DNA from: Candidatus Spechtbacteria bacterium
GTDB lineage: Bacteria; Patescibacteriota; Minisyncoccia; Spechtbacterales; JACPHP01
Reading direction: 5' to 3'
Assembly (NCBI GenBank): GCA_016188605.1
Contig: JACPHP010000015.1
Span: forward strand, 18,833-82,832
Length of the DNA stretch: 64,000 nt
Under the pieces are notes generated by a model that worked only from the letters and a program-made list of their open reading frames with translations, did no database searches and was not told the origin of the DNA. Positions 19,071 through 28,120 of the stretch are shown here, one piece after another (within the stretch, counting starts at the first letter, position 1; each line of letters begins with the position of its first letter). Made by a program: the position numbers and the translations under genes.

Positions 19071-19792
19071 TACTCACTCACTCTAATTATTTTTCTCATA
19101 ACCTCCACCGATTGTCCATTATAACCAGATCCTTTAATGTATATTGTGTTTACGCCGTCGTTCAAAGATATGTCTATGCTGAAATTTCCGTCGCGACCGA
19201 TATTTGCATTTTTACCTGCGATCGTTAAACGCGCGGCGTACTGCGCGTGACCCGTAATTGTAATCTGCTGATCATGGACTATAATTTCCATCGCCTGCGG
19301 AGAAAAGATGTCAATACGAGGCTGTTTAGCCAATATAAAATACTGATAACCAAAAAAAGCTGTAATAATCAATGCGGCGACACCTCCCAAAAAATAAAAG
19401 ATGGGGCGAGATGTGATAACAAATGAACTTGCGGGCATACCAAGCCTTTTTTCACCTTGCCGCGCGCGCAAAAAGAATTCGTTTATGCGATCAAATTGAT
19501 CTAGCAACTCCGGTTTGTCCGCATTGCAAGCTTCCGCCCAATGCTTAACAAACCCCCGCACGTACACGGGCGGGGGAAGCGCGTCAAATTCTTCTGCTTC
19601 AAGACGCTCCAAATATTTTCTTTGAATTTTTGTTCTTACTGCAAGTTGTTCTACGGAAAAACCAGCGTCCTCGCGTGCTTTCTTCAGCCGCTCACCAAAA
19701 GACAATATATTTTGTGTTTTATTCGCTTGGATCATAACTTTGAAAACTCTGGAATACCTCTCTAGGCTTAGCGCCCTCACCCGGCCCAACAA
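19070..19792 (-). CDS. RodZ-like protein (XRE-type HTH, single TM, C-terminal domain)
   Basis: ILSFGERLKKAREDAGFSVEQLAVRTKIQRKYLERLE HTH, then TM PIFYFLGGVAALIITAFFGY. Start is probably the internal M (~19735) because of overlap with the ftsK 3' end. Confidence 0.45.
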   Translation of the reverse strand: MLGRVRALSLERYSRVFKVMIQANKTQNILSFGERLKKAREDAGFSVEQLAVRTKIQRKYLERLEAEEFDALPPPVYVRGFVKHWAEACNADKPELLDQFDRINEFFLRARQGEKRLGMPASSFVITSRPIFYFLGGVAALIITAFFGYQYFILAKQPRIDIFSPQAMEIIVHDQQITITGHAQYAARLTIAGKNANIGRDGNFSIDISLNDGVNTIYIKGSGYNGQSVEVMRKIIRVSE

Positions 19793-21902
19793 CTCCTCTA
19801 TCCTCCATCATATCTATCAAGCGGGCGGCACGCGCATAGCCGACGCGCAGGCGGCGTTGAAGTAGTGACGCTGAAGCGCGCTGGGCCTCAATCACCACAC
19901 GCCGCGCTTCTTCATACATTGGGTCATCACCATCTTCCCCCATTTCATCAACTGCGTCAAAGTTTACTTCCTTTTTATGACTATCTACTATATCATCGAT
20001 ACTTTCCTGAGCCACATCCTGGCCAAGGCGCAGACTTTCTTCACGCAAAAAGTCTGCGACACGCTTTACTTCTTTGTCAGAAACAAACGCGCCTTGCACG
20101 CGACGAGGCTTGGAATTTTCCGGCGCAAGATACAGCATGTCTCCTGCACCGAGCAATTTTTCCGCGCCAGCCATATCAAGCACTGTACGCGAATCGATCT
20201 GCGATGCTACCTGAAACGCCATGCGCGCGGTAATGTTAGCTTTAATAAGTCCAGTGATAACCTCAACCGAAGGCCGCTGTGTTGCAAGCACTAAATGTAT
20301 ACCCACCGCTCGAGACATCTGCGCTAAACGCACAATAAGCGCTTCCGCTTCTTTGCCGCGCGATGTCATAATATCGGCGAGCTCATCGATGACAAGTACG
20401 ATGTACGGCAATGGCCCGTTTTCCTCCACTACTTTTTTGTTGCTGTTATAGCTTTGAATATCGCGCGCGTGTGCTTTAGACAAAACCTCAAAACGATGTT
20501 CCATTTCACCCACTGCCCAGCGCATCGCATTCACCGCTTTTTGATTGTCAACCACAACTGGCGCGAGCAGATGAGGAATGTCGGAATATACCGGAAACTC
20601 CACGCGCTTCGGATCAATTAAAATAAGACGCAAAAGTTCAGGCGGATTTTGATAAAGCAAGCTTACAATAAGAGTATTGAGGGCAATGGTTTTACCCGAC
20701 CCGGTACTGCCTGCGATAAGCAAGTGTGGCATTTTGGCAAGATTAGCATACACCGGCGCGCCTGTAACATCTCGTCCAAGTGCAAGAGTGAGATGGCCGA
20801 TATGATTACGGAAATCTTCTTGCTCTACAATATTACGCAAACGTACCGTCGTAATACCCTTATTGGGAACCTCAATGCCTATAAGGGCGCGCCCCGGAAT
20901 AGGAGCTTCAATACGCAGAGGGTGCGCGGCGAGAGCAAGAGAAAGATCGTTGTGCAGTGCCGTAATTCGCGCCAGTTTTATACCCTCTGCCGGTTTTAAT
21001 GTAAATTGTGTTACGGTTGGGCCAATGTTTACCTCACCCATTTCTACATCAATACCAAAATTCTGCAACGTGCGCTTAATGATATTCGCGCTTGAAACTA
21101 TATCGCCGCTATGCGGCTTGCCTGTATCCACTTCTAGCAACTCTGGCGGCGGCAAGCGAAAATCAGATGCCAATGCCTTTGGCGGAATTAATTCAAAATC
21201 ATCTTTTTGCTTCTTTTCCGTTTTCTTTTCTTCTTTTAGTTTTTCTACGGAAGCTAATGTTGCTTTCGCTAACGCGGGATTAAGCTGCTCTATTTTGCTT
21301 TGTTCTCCAAACGTTTTTACCTCCACAGATTCTTCTTTCTTAACCACCTCACCATCTTCGCCCAGCAACTCTTCTTTTTTACGTTTAAACCACTTGCCTA
21401 CCGGCACATTGAAACTAATAAGAATTGATGAAATAAAAGCCGTAACGAGAATAAGCGCCGCTCCCCATACACTAAAAAGCCGCGCGAGTGGCCAATCAAT
21501 AATGAAACCCCACATACCACCGCGCGCGCCGTCATCGGTTGTAAGCGACAGAGCGCCTAGAATACTAGATAAAAAAAGCACGACGCCAAGAAAAGTTGCG
21601 CCATATACAGTCCGCCTCCATGAAGTAAAAAATATGACCGCCATTGCCACGAGCACCAAAGGCAAAATGTACCTTCCTATTCCCAGTAGCCAGTCAGAGA
21701 ACTCCACAAGCATGCTTCCAGCGATACCGCCCATACCAAAAAAACTCATGGAGAGAAAAATAGAAGAGGCAATAAAAAATATACCCCAAACTCCTTTAAG
21801 CACATCGGGGTCAAGGTCAAAAAGCGGCTTTTTTTCCTTCTCGCCGTCTCGTAGTCTTTTAAAATCCTTATCGTTATTCTTACCGTTCTTTTTCTTTGCC
21901 AT
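19719..21902 (-). CDS. ftsK: DNA translocase FtsK/SpoIIIE
   Basis: N-terminal TM region, GSTGSGKT Walker A, C-terminal winged-helix (gamma) region. Confidence 0.9.
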   Translation of the reverse strand: MAKKKNGKNNDKDFKRLRDGEKEKKPLFDLDPDVLKGVWGIFFIASSIFLSMSFFGMGGIAGSMLVEFSDWLLGIGRYILPLVLVAMAVIFFTSWRRTVYGATFLGVVLFLSSILGALSLTTDDGARGGMWGFIIDWPLARLFSVWGAALILVTAFISSILISFNVPVGKWFKRKKEELLGEDGEVVKKEESVEVKTFGEQSKIEQLNPALAKATLASVEKLKEEKKTEKKQKDDFELIPPKALASDFRLPPPELLEVDTGKPHSGDIVSSANIIKRTLQNFGIDVEMGEVNIGPTVTQFTLKPAEGIKLARITALHNDLSLALAAHPLRIEAPIPGRALIGIEVPNKGITTVRLRNIVEQEDFRNHIGHLTLALGRDVTGAPVYANLAKMPHLLIAGSTGSGKTIALNTLIVSLLYQNPPELLRLILIDPKRVEFPVYSDIPHLLAPVVVDNQKAVNAMRWAVGEMEHRFEVLSKAHARDIQSYNSNKKVVEENGPLPYIVLVIDELADIMTSRGKEAEALIVRLAQMSRAVGIHLVLATQRPSVEVITGLIKANITARMAFQVASQIDSRTVLDMAGAEKLLGAGDMLYLAPENSKPRRVQGAFVSDKEVKRVADFLREESLRLGQDVAQESIDDIVDSHKKEVNFDAVDEMGEDGDDPMYEEARRVVIEAQRASASLLQRRLRVGYARAARLIDMMEDRGVVGPGEGAKPREVFQSFQSYDPSE

Positions 21903-21974
21903 ACATAAACATTATATACTAATTCTTCCAAATTTCCAAAATATATCTGGCCTTATGCACAGTAAACCGCTGAC

Positions 21975-22100
21975 CCCGCTCAACGTCGCGCCCTTCGGCT
22001 TGTGCGGAGGGGTGTAGGAGAGGTTTTTGTCACCAAGGGTAATTTCTTTTTGCATTTCTGGGCAGATCTTATTTAGCTTCGTTCTGCGCCCGTTCTACCA
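21975..22100. repeat. ~115-bp direct repeat, copy a (includes the last codons and downstream region of the 22069-23154 gene)
   Basis: tcgcgcccttcggcttgtgcggagg...cttatttagcttcgttctgcgcccgttcta shared with 23215-23340 at ~80% identity. Confidence 0.6.
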
Positions 22101-23154
22101 TGAATTTCACGCCATCCTCCATATTCTCTACTTCAAGCTTAATTTGAGGATGACTATGATGAAATACTCGGAAAACTTCGTCAGCAAATGCTTGCCCAAC
22201 CGTGGGAACTTTATCAAAATCAAAAACGATTGTCTTAAATTTTTCCAGTCCAGCCAATACTCTGCGTGCCTGCGAACGAGAAATATGTACGCCACCAATC
22301 GTGTAAAGTTTTACACGTATCTCTGTTTTATCGAAACCATAGTCATTGCCACCGCCTGCCAAGTTAGTATACTTCTTGAAAACCTCATCCAAATGCCTTT
22401 CTGATGTTGCGGATATCTTGAAAGTCACTTGCGTCCCCCTCTTTATTTTATTCACGGTTTTGACAAAAATATCTGGCAAGTCGTTATTTACAATAAGCTG
22501 AAACCCGAAACTATCAAGAGTAAAATTATCTCCTACTTTTGAAGTAAAGAATATGCCTTCGCCCGAGTGCGACTTGGGCATAGTAGTTGTCTTGCCTTTC
22601 AATATATCTTGGATTGCTTCAAGCTCTGAATTAAGACCTCTCTGCTTCATTACGTTGCGAAAAACACCAATACCTGAATCTTTAACTACGAAAGAAAGCA
22701 TCTTTTTTTGTACAGATACTTCTATGCCGATACGAATAGACTTGGAATGCTCAATTGCGTTATTAAGCATCTCTGAAAAAGCATACGTAAAGATACTACG
22801 CACGTTTTCAGGAAGATTTTTTAGCGTCGGAAAAGTCTGCTCAATTTGGTCCAGTACTATATGCTCTTCAAGACCTTTGTTCTTAAATGATTTAGCATAG
22901 ATTAATGGAAATATTTCTTGGTGGGCTTTAGCGTATTCGTTGGTTACATAAAATGCCTTTTTTGTAGAACCAAGCTTAATAAGCTTGTTTTCCATAACAA
23001 GCTTGGATACTAAAAGGATTATATACTGCCGAGAAACTTTAAACTGCTCCACCAGATCCCTGGAATACAGCCTGCCTCGTTCCTCGGCCATTTGTAGTAT
23101 TTGTTCTTCTGTTATCATAGATTGTAAAGTAATTGTAAACCAATCTATATTCAA
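22069..23154 (-). CDS. Putative regulator: N-terminal winged-HTH plus histidine-kinase-like ATPase (HATPase) domain
   Basis: N-terminal wHTH-like segment. FSEMLNNAIEHSK N-box and DSGIGVF G1-like motif of the GHKL ATPase fold. Confidence 0.45.
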   Translation of the reverse strand: MNIDWFTITLQSMITEEQILQMAEERGRLYSRDLVEQFKVSRQYIILLVSKLVMENKLIKLGSTKKAFYVTNEYAKAHQEIFPLIYAKSFKNKGLEEHIVLDQIEQTFPTLKNLPENVRSIFTYAFSEMLNNAIEHSKSIRIGIEVSVQKKMLSFVVKDSGIGVFRNVMKQRGLNSELEAIQDILKGKTTTMPKSHSGEGIFFTSKVGDNFTLDSFGFQLIVNNDLPDIFVKTVNKIKRGTQVTFKISATSERHLDEVFKKYTNLAGGGNDYGFDKTEIRVKLYTIGGVHISRSQARRVLAGLEKFKTIVFDFDKVPTVGQAFADEVFRVFHHSHPQIKLEVENMEDGVKFMVERAQNEAK

Positions 23155-23214
23155 TTGTCAAGCAATTGACAAGTAACCCCAAAACACCGCCGCAGACCTG
23201 TCCAAATGAACCGA

Positions 23215-23340
23215 AATTCTCATCCGTCGCGCCCTTCGGCTTGTGCGGAGGGTGTAAGTAATAGTATTATCGCTAAGAGTGATTTCCTTTCGCATGTCCG
23301 AACAGATTCTTATTTAGCTTCGTTCTGCGCCCGTTCTATT
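23215..23340. repeat. ~115-bp direct repeat, copy b (carries a duplicated ...ERAQNEAK-stop gene tail)
   Basis: See copy a. Lies between hicA and the 22069-23154 gene. Confidence 0.6.
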
Positions 23341-23386
23341 TATTGAAGTTAAGCTTCAATGAGCTCGTTTAAGCTTAACTTCAATA
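23341..23386. terminator. Perfect 16-bp-arm palindrome (tattgaagttaagctt ... aagcttaacttcaata) downstream of hicA
   Basis: Direct reading. Likely a bidirectional terminator. Confidence 0.5.
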
Positions 23387-23419
23387 AATAAATTTATCCT
23401 CTTCTATAAAGTCTATCGG

Positions 23420-23686
23420 CTACAATTCTTTTTGAATATCCTCCCAGGTCACACCGCTAATATTTTCTATTTCTTTAAGCACATAATATAACGTGGACTT
23501 CTTTAGGTCGTACGGCAGGGTGACAGATTTTTGATTCTTTGGCCATGTAATTTTATAATGGCTGCCATTTCCACCCTTTTCGTCTAAAACAAAACCAAGG
23601 CGCGCTAAAGCCTTGGCTAGTTTGTTCCTCTTAATTTCTCCTGGAAGTTGGCTAAGCGAGGGCATAATCCTTTTGCTCTGCTCCAA
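23420..23686 (-). CDS. hicA: HicA-like mRNA-interferase toxin
   Basis: 88 aa. KLAKALARLGFVLDEKGGNGSHYKI pattern (YcfA/HicA dsRBD-like). Overlaps the upstream HicB-like gene by 35 nt. Confidence 0.5.
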   Translation of the reverse strand: MEQSKRIMPSLSQLPGEIKRNKLAKALARLGFVLDEKGGNGSHYKITWPKNQKSVTLPYDLKKSTLYYVLKEIENISGVTWEDIQKEL

Positions 23687-23987
23687 CTTTTACAATATTA
23701 GCTTCTTTAGCGTAAGAAGAAGGAATCTCAAATGCAGTCAGAATCGCATCTTTAATATTCTTATCCAGTTCTGCTAAATTTTTGCCGCTGGTAATAATGG
23801 AACCGAAACGAAAATTATTAGACACGGCGGTGATAGTTCCATCTTCATTATTATGAAAGTCGAAAGAGATTGGCCGGTAATGCATCATATACTGGCTCAA
23901 CTCAAAAAGCCCTTTTGGACGAAGATCGCTAGGGGTAAAAACTTTTTTTATAATATAATCATTTATAACTTTGAAAACTCTTGCCAT
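23652..23987 (-). CDS. hicB: HicB-like antitoxin (RNase H-like fold, UPF0150-like)
   Basis: 111 aa. FDFHNNEDGTITAVSNNF...GKNLAELDKNIKDAILTAFE pattern. Partnered with hicA. Confidence 0.5.
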   Translation of the reverse strand: MARVFKVINDYIIKKVFTPSDLRPKGLFELSQYMMHYRPISFDFHNNEDGTITAVSNNFRFGSIITSGKNLAELDKNIKDAILTAFEIPSSYAKEANIVKVGAEQKDYALA

Positions 23988-24035
23988 ATGCTGTACATTT
24001 ATTCCTATGATAAATAAATAGTAACTATTGCTAAT

Positions 24036-24092
24036 ATGAATGTCTACAGTTTATACCGAATAGTAGACATTGTCAAGAAAAATGTCTACTGT
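24036..24092 (-). promoter_or_regulatory. Candidate hicBA promoter with triple operator half-sites (aatgtctac / gtagacat)
   Basis: Minus-strand TTGACA, 17 nt, then TAAACT, with three copies of the (a)tgtctac palindromic word overlapping the -35 and -10. Confidence 0.35.
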
Positions 24093-24277
24093 TTTATTAT
24101 AGCCCAAAAGCAGTAATTTATCCTAACATGCAATATGCATTTTTTACACATTGCTTTTTGTAGATTTGTTGAAGCGATGGGACTGTTGTACTTTTTGCAA
24201 CAGTCCCATCCCGCCTAGATGGAGTGGTTATGAGGGAGTGTTATTCATGATTCACAATTCTGCATTCATGATTCAAC

Positions 24278-24320
24278 TCAACAACAAAACAGCCCTTTTT
24301 TTGGGCTGTTTTGTTGTTGA
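24278..24320. terminator. Long perfect hairpin (caacaacaaaacagccc-ttttttt-gggctgttttgttgttg) downstream of rpoC
   Basis: Stem of ~17 bp with a T/A run. Bidirectional rho-independent terminator geometry. Confidence 0.7.
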
Positions 24321-24326
24321 GTTCTC

Positions 24327-27300
24327 TTACTGCTTCCCGTATCCTGTCCCTGCTGGGATTAATTTGCCTATGATGACGTTCTCTTTTAGTCCTCTTAGGC
24401 GGTCTACTCGGCCTTCTATGGAGGCCTCTATTAGGACTCTGGCTGTTTCCTGGAAGGAGGCGGACGAGAGGAAGCTGGTGGTTGTGAGCGCTACTTTGGT
24501 AATACCTAGCAAGAGAAGCGAGACTTTGGCTTCTTTTTTGCCGGCTTGCTTTAGTATGCGGTTTGCTGATAGCGCCTCTGAACGCTCCACCACTTCGCCC
24601 GGGCTGAATGTGGAATCTCCTGAATCCTCAATCTGCACGCGAGAGAACATTTGGCGGATAATTACTTCGATGTGCTTGTCGTGAATGGAAGCGCCTTGTG
24701 AGGTGTAAATCTTCTGCACTTCATTTACGATGTAGCGCACGGTTGGCTCCATGCCGACGTGCTCAAACAATTCTTTCAAGTCCATATGACCTTCGGAAAG
24801 CTGAACGCCAGGGGCGATTAAATCGCCTTTTTCAACAAGAATACCAACGTTTGGCGGAAGCACGTATTCACGAGTATTTTCCTCAACCGTGGTTGCTGAT
24901 TTTTTCTTTCGCTTTGGCGCGGCTAAAGTTTTTGCGCTCTGCGTGCCGAGTGCAACGCGAATAATACGCTCATTCTCTTTGTAGATAACTTCTTCCACCA
25001 CACCATCAACATCAGCGACTGTCGCGCGGCCTTTCGGCGCGCGCGCTTCAAAGATTTCCTCAACACGAGGAAGACCTTGCGTGATGTCCGCGCCACCTGC
25101 TACCCCTCCCGTATGGAACGTACGCATTGTTAGCTGTGTGCCTGGCTCTCCAATTGCCTGTGCGGCAACCACACCGACTGTCGCGCCAATTTTCACTGGC
25201 TTGTTCTGGCCAAGATCCCAGCCATAGCATCTAATACAAACACCGCGCTCTGCTTTACATGTTAGCGGTGAATACACGGCGACTTCAAGAATTGATTCAT
25301 CACCATCGATGCGACGTGCGATTTGCGCGTCTATCATATCGCCTGCTTTGACAACTACATCTTTACCAATCTTGATGTCGTCTACCACATTGCGGCCGAC
25401 AATTTTTTCCTCAAGCGGAAGTCCGACTTCGGCTGCCTCACTACGGCGAATGATAAATCCTTCTTTATCTGAGCATTTAGCGTCACCTACAACTACGTCC
25501 TGCGAAACGTCTACCAAGCGGCGTGTGAGGTAACCTGCGGTTGCTGTACGAAGAGCCGTGTCCGCGGTTCCCTTTCGAGCGCCGTGCGTGGAAATAAAGT
25601 ACTCAAGTGCGGTAAAACCTTCCTTGAAACTTGATTCCACTGGCAATTCCATGGTTTGCCCAGCCGGGTTAATAACCAAGCCCTTCATGCCCATCATTTG
25701 ATTTGGCTGTGACCATGAACCACGGGCGCCGGAGCTAATAATCATCGCGACAGAGCCGTGTGGGTCCAAATATTTTGGCACAAGTGCCGTTACTTCGTTC
25801 TTTGCTCCGTGCCACACGTCAATAATCATGTTGCGGCGTTCCTGAACGCTCAACAGACCTTCGGCGAATTGCTCTTTTATTTTATCAACACTTGCGTGCG
25901 CGCGATTGATAATTTCTGCTTTTTCTTTTGGCACTTCCAAGTCGCCCATCGCCCAGCTCACGCCGGAAATAGTGGAATAATTAAATCCAATGTCTTTGAT
26001 GCGATCAAGCACCGCGGCGGCTTCGTCTCTGGTATAACGTTCAATAATGTCGGTCGTGATATTTTTTAGCATTTTGGCGCTGAACTCTTCGTTCACAAAA
26101 CCAAAATCATCTGGCAAAACGCGGTTGAATATCACGCGGCCGGCGCATGTTTCAATATATTTTTCATCGGCATTGGCGCGAGCACCAACTGGCGCTTCTT
26201 TATACCAAGTGCCTTTTGCAATTTTAATTTTTGCTTTAATACCCACAATATCGCAATCGTTTGCAAGCACTGCGTCATCCCCCGTTGCAAACACCATGCC
26301 CTCGCCTTTTGCACCTGGCAAAATCTTGCTCATCCAGAAAGCGCCGAGAACAATATCTTTTGTCGGAGTTACAATTGGGGAACCGGTCGCAGGCTTAATA
26401 AGGTTGTGCGAAGAAAGCATAAGCTCTCCTGCCTCTTCCTGTGCCTCCACTGCAAGTGGCAAGTGCACGGCCATTTGGTCACCATCAAAATCCGCGTTAA
26501 ACGCAGTACAAACGAGAGGATGTACTTTAATAGCTTCACCTTCAACAAGAATCGGCTGGAACGCCTGAATACCGAGTCGGTGAAGAGTTGGCGCGCGGTT
26601 AAGCAGAACATACTTGCCCTTAATCACCTCTTCCAAAATATCCCATACCTCTGGCGGCGCGGCCTCTATTATTTTACCCGCGGCGCGCACGTTATACGCA
26701 AGTTCGCGCTCAATAATTTTTTGTATAACAAATGGGCGAAACAGCTCAAGCGCCATTTTCTTTGGCAAACCGCACTGGTGGAGCTTTAAACTCGGACCAA
26801 CCACGATAACAGAGCGGCCTGAATAGTCCACGCGCTTACCAAGCAAGTTCTGGCGGAAACGCCCTTGCTTTCCTTTCAACATGTCAGCGAGGGATTTGAG
26901 CAAACGCTTGCCGCCGGTTGTGGCGGTAACGGTCTGGCCCTTGCGCGCGGAATTGTCGATAAGCGCGTCGACTGCTTCCTGCAGCATACGCTTTTCGTTG
27001 CGGCAGATAATTTCCGGCGCGTTAATTTCCTGTAATTTCTTTAAACGATTGTTCCTATTTATAACGCGGCGATAAAGATCGTTAAGATCTGATGTCGCGT
27101 AACGGCCGCCGTCCAACTGCACCATTGGGCGCAAGTCTGGCGGAAGAATCGGCAACATTGTCACAAACATCCACTCTGGACGGATTTTTGCTTCCGACAT
27201 GCGGCGAATCAGGCTCAGGCGGCGCTGCGCTTTCTTCTGCGCGAGTCCGATGGTGGTTGAGATTTCTTCTATCAATTCTTTGCGGATTTCTTCCAAGTCC

Positions 27301-27989
27301 ATTTTTTCCATTATTTTACGCACGGCTTCAGAACCGGTTGCCGCGGCAAATACCTCGCCATATTTCAAGCTTGTGGTGTGGTACTCGATTTCCGAAAGTA
27401 TGACTGACGGGCGCAATGCGCACAGACGATCTACTTCTTGATCGCGAGATGCTTTCAAGTTTGCCTGATCTTCTTTGTCTTTGAATTCTTTTATCTTCCG
27501 CTTATACTCATCATCAATTTGCTTTAATGCCGTGTCGCGCTTTACTTCATCAACCCAATGCACAATATATGAAGCGTAGTAAACAACCTTTTCAAGCTGC
27601 TGGACTGGCACGTCAAGCGCCATTCCCATTCGGGAAGGAATACCGCGCAAAAACCAAATGTGCGCTACAGGCACTGCCAGTTTTATATGCCCCATACGCT
27701 CACGGCGCACAGCGGCGCGGGTTACTTCAACTCCGCACTTATCGCAGATAATCCCTTTGTAACGAATGCGGCGATATTTACCGCAGTAACATTCGTAATC
27801 TTTTTCCGGACCGAAAATGCGCTCGCAAAACAGACCGTCTTTTTCCGGTTTTTGCGTGCGGTAGTTAATGGTCTCTGGCTTTGTAACCTCACCGTGAGAT
27901 TCCGCGAGGATTACTTCCGGGCTTGCGAGACGCAGGCGAATGGCGGAAAAATCAGATATTTTTGGCATAGGATGCAATGATAATGTCAA
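24327..27989 (-). CDS. rpoC: DNA-directed RNA polymerase subunit beta'
   Basis: 1220 aa. NADFDGDQMAVH catalytic motif. N-terminal zinc-binding cysteines. Confidence 0.97.
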   Translation of the reverse strand: MTLSLHPMPKISDFSAIRLRLASPEVILAESHGEVTKPETINYRTQKPEKDGLFCERIFGPEKDYECYCGKYRRIRYKGIICDKCGVEVTRAAVRRERMGHIKLAVPVAHIWFLRGIPSRMGMALDVPVQQLEKVVYYASYIVHWVDEVKRDTALKQIDDEYKRKIKEFKDKEDQANLKASRDQEVDRLCALRPSVILSEIEYHTTSLKYGEVFAAATGSEAVRKIMEKMDLEEIRKELIEEISTTIGLAQKKAQRRLSLIRRMSEAKIRPEWMFVTMLPILPPDLRPMVQLDGGRYATSDLNDLYRRVINRNNRLKKLQEINAPEIICRNEKRMLQEAVDALIDNSARKGQTVTATTGGKRLLKSLADMLKGKQGRFRQNLLGKRVDYSGRSVIVVGPSLKLHQCGLPKKMALELFRPFVIQKIIERELAYNVRAAGKIIEAAPPEVWDILEEVIKGKYVLLNRAPTLHRLGIQAFQPILVEGEAIKVHPLVCTAFNADFDGDQMAVHLPLAVEAQEEAGELMLSSHNLIKPATGSPIVTPTKDIVLGAFWMSKILPGAKGEGMVFATGDDAVLANDCDIVGIKAKIKIAKGTWYKEAPVGARANADEKYIETCAGRVIFNRVLPDDFGFVNEEFSAKMLKNITTDIIERYTRDEAAAVLDRIKDIGFNYSTISGVSWAMGDLEVPKEKAEIINRAHASVDKIKEQFAEGLLSVQERRNMIIDVWHGAKNEVTALVPKYLDPHGSVAMIISSGARGSWSQPNQMMGMKGLVINPAGQTMELPVESSFKEGFTALEYFISTHGARKGTADTALRTATAGYLTRRLVDVSQDVVVGDAKCSDKEGFIIRRSEAAEVGLPLEEKIVGRNVVDDIKIGKDVVVKAGDMIDAQIARRIDGDESILEVAVYSPLTCKAERGVCIRCYGWDLGQNKPVKIGATVGVVAAQAIGEPGTQLTMRTFHTGGVAGGADITQGLPRVEEIFEARAPKGRATVADVDGVVEEVIYKENERIIRVALGTQSAKTLAAPKRKKKSATTVEENTREYVLPPNVGILVEKGDLIAPGVQLSEGHMDLKELFEHVGMEPTVRYIVNEVQKIYTSQGASIHDKHIEVIIRQMFSRVQIEDSGDSTFSPGEVVERSEALSANRILKQAGKKEAKVSLLLLGITKVALTTTSFLSSASFQETARVLIEASIEGRVDRLRGLKENVIIGKLIPAGTGYGKQ

Positions 27990-28105
27990 AGCTCAAATTA
28001 CAAATGTCAAATCAAATCCAAATGACTAAATGTCAAAAGTTTTGGATTTTAGATTTTGACATTGATTTGTAATTTGACATTTGGATTTTGACATTAAGTA
28101 ATAAA
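27990..28105. repeat. Word-palindrome element (caaat/gtcaaa words) between rpoC and rpoB
   Basis: gtcaaagctcaaattacaaatgtcaaatcaaatccaaatg ... gattttgacattgatttgtaatttgacatttggattttgac. Confidence 0.55.
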
Positions 28106-28120
28106 TTAAATACTTTATAT

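Noticed and set aside
19865-22404. Plus-strand ORFs (122-384 aa) overlapping ftsK; similar antisense ORFs occur inside rpoB (28445-31043) and rpoC (24698-27980)
   Set aside because: They lie antisense to large, unambiguous housekeeping genes and have low-complexity or Ser/Arg-rich composition. Treated as spurious.
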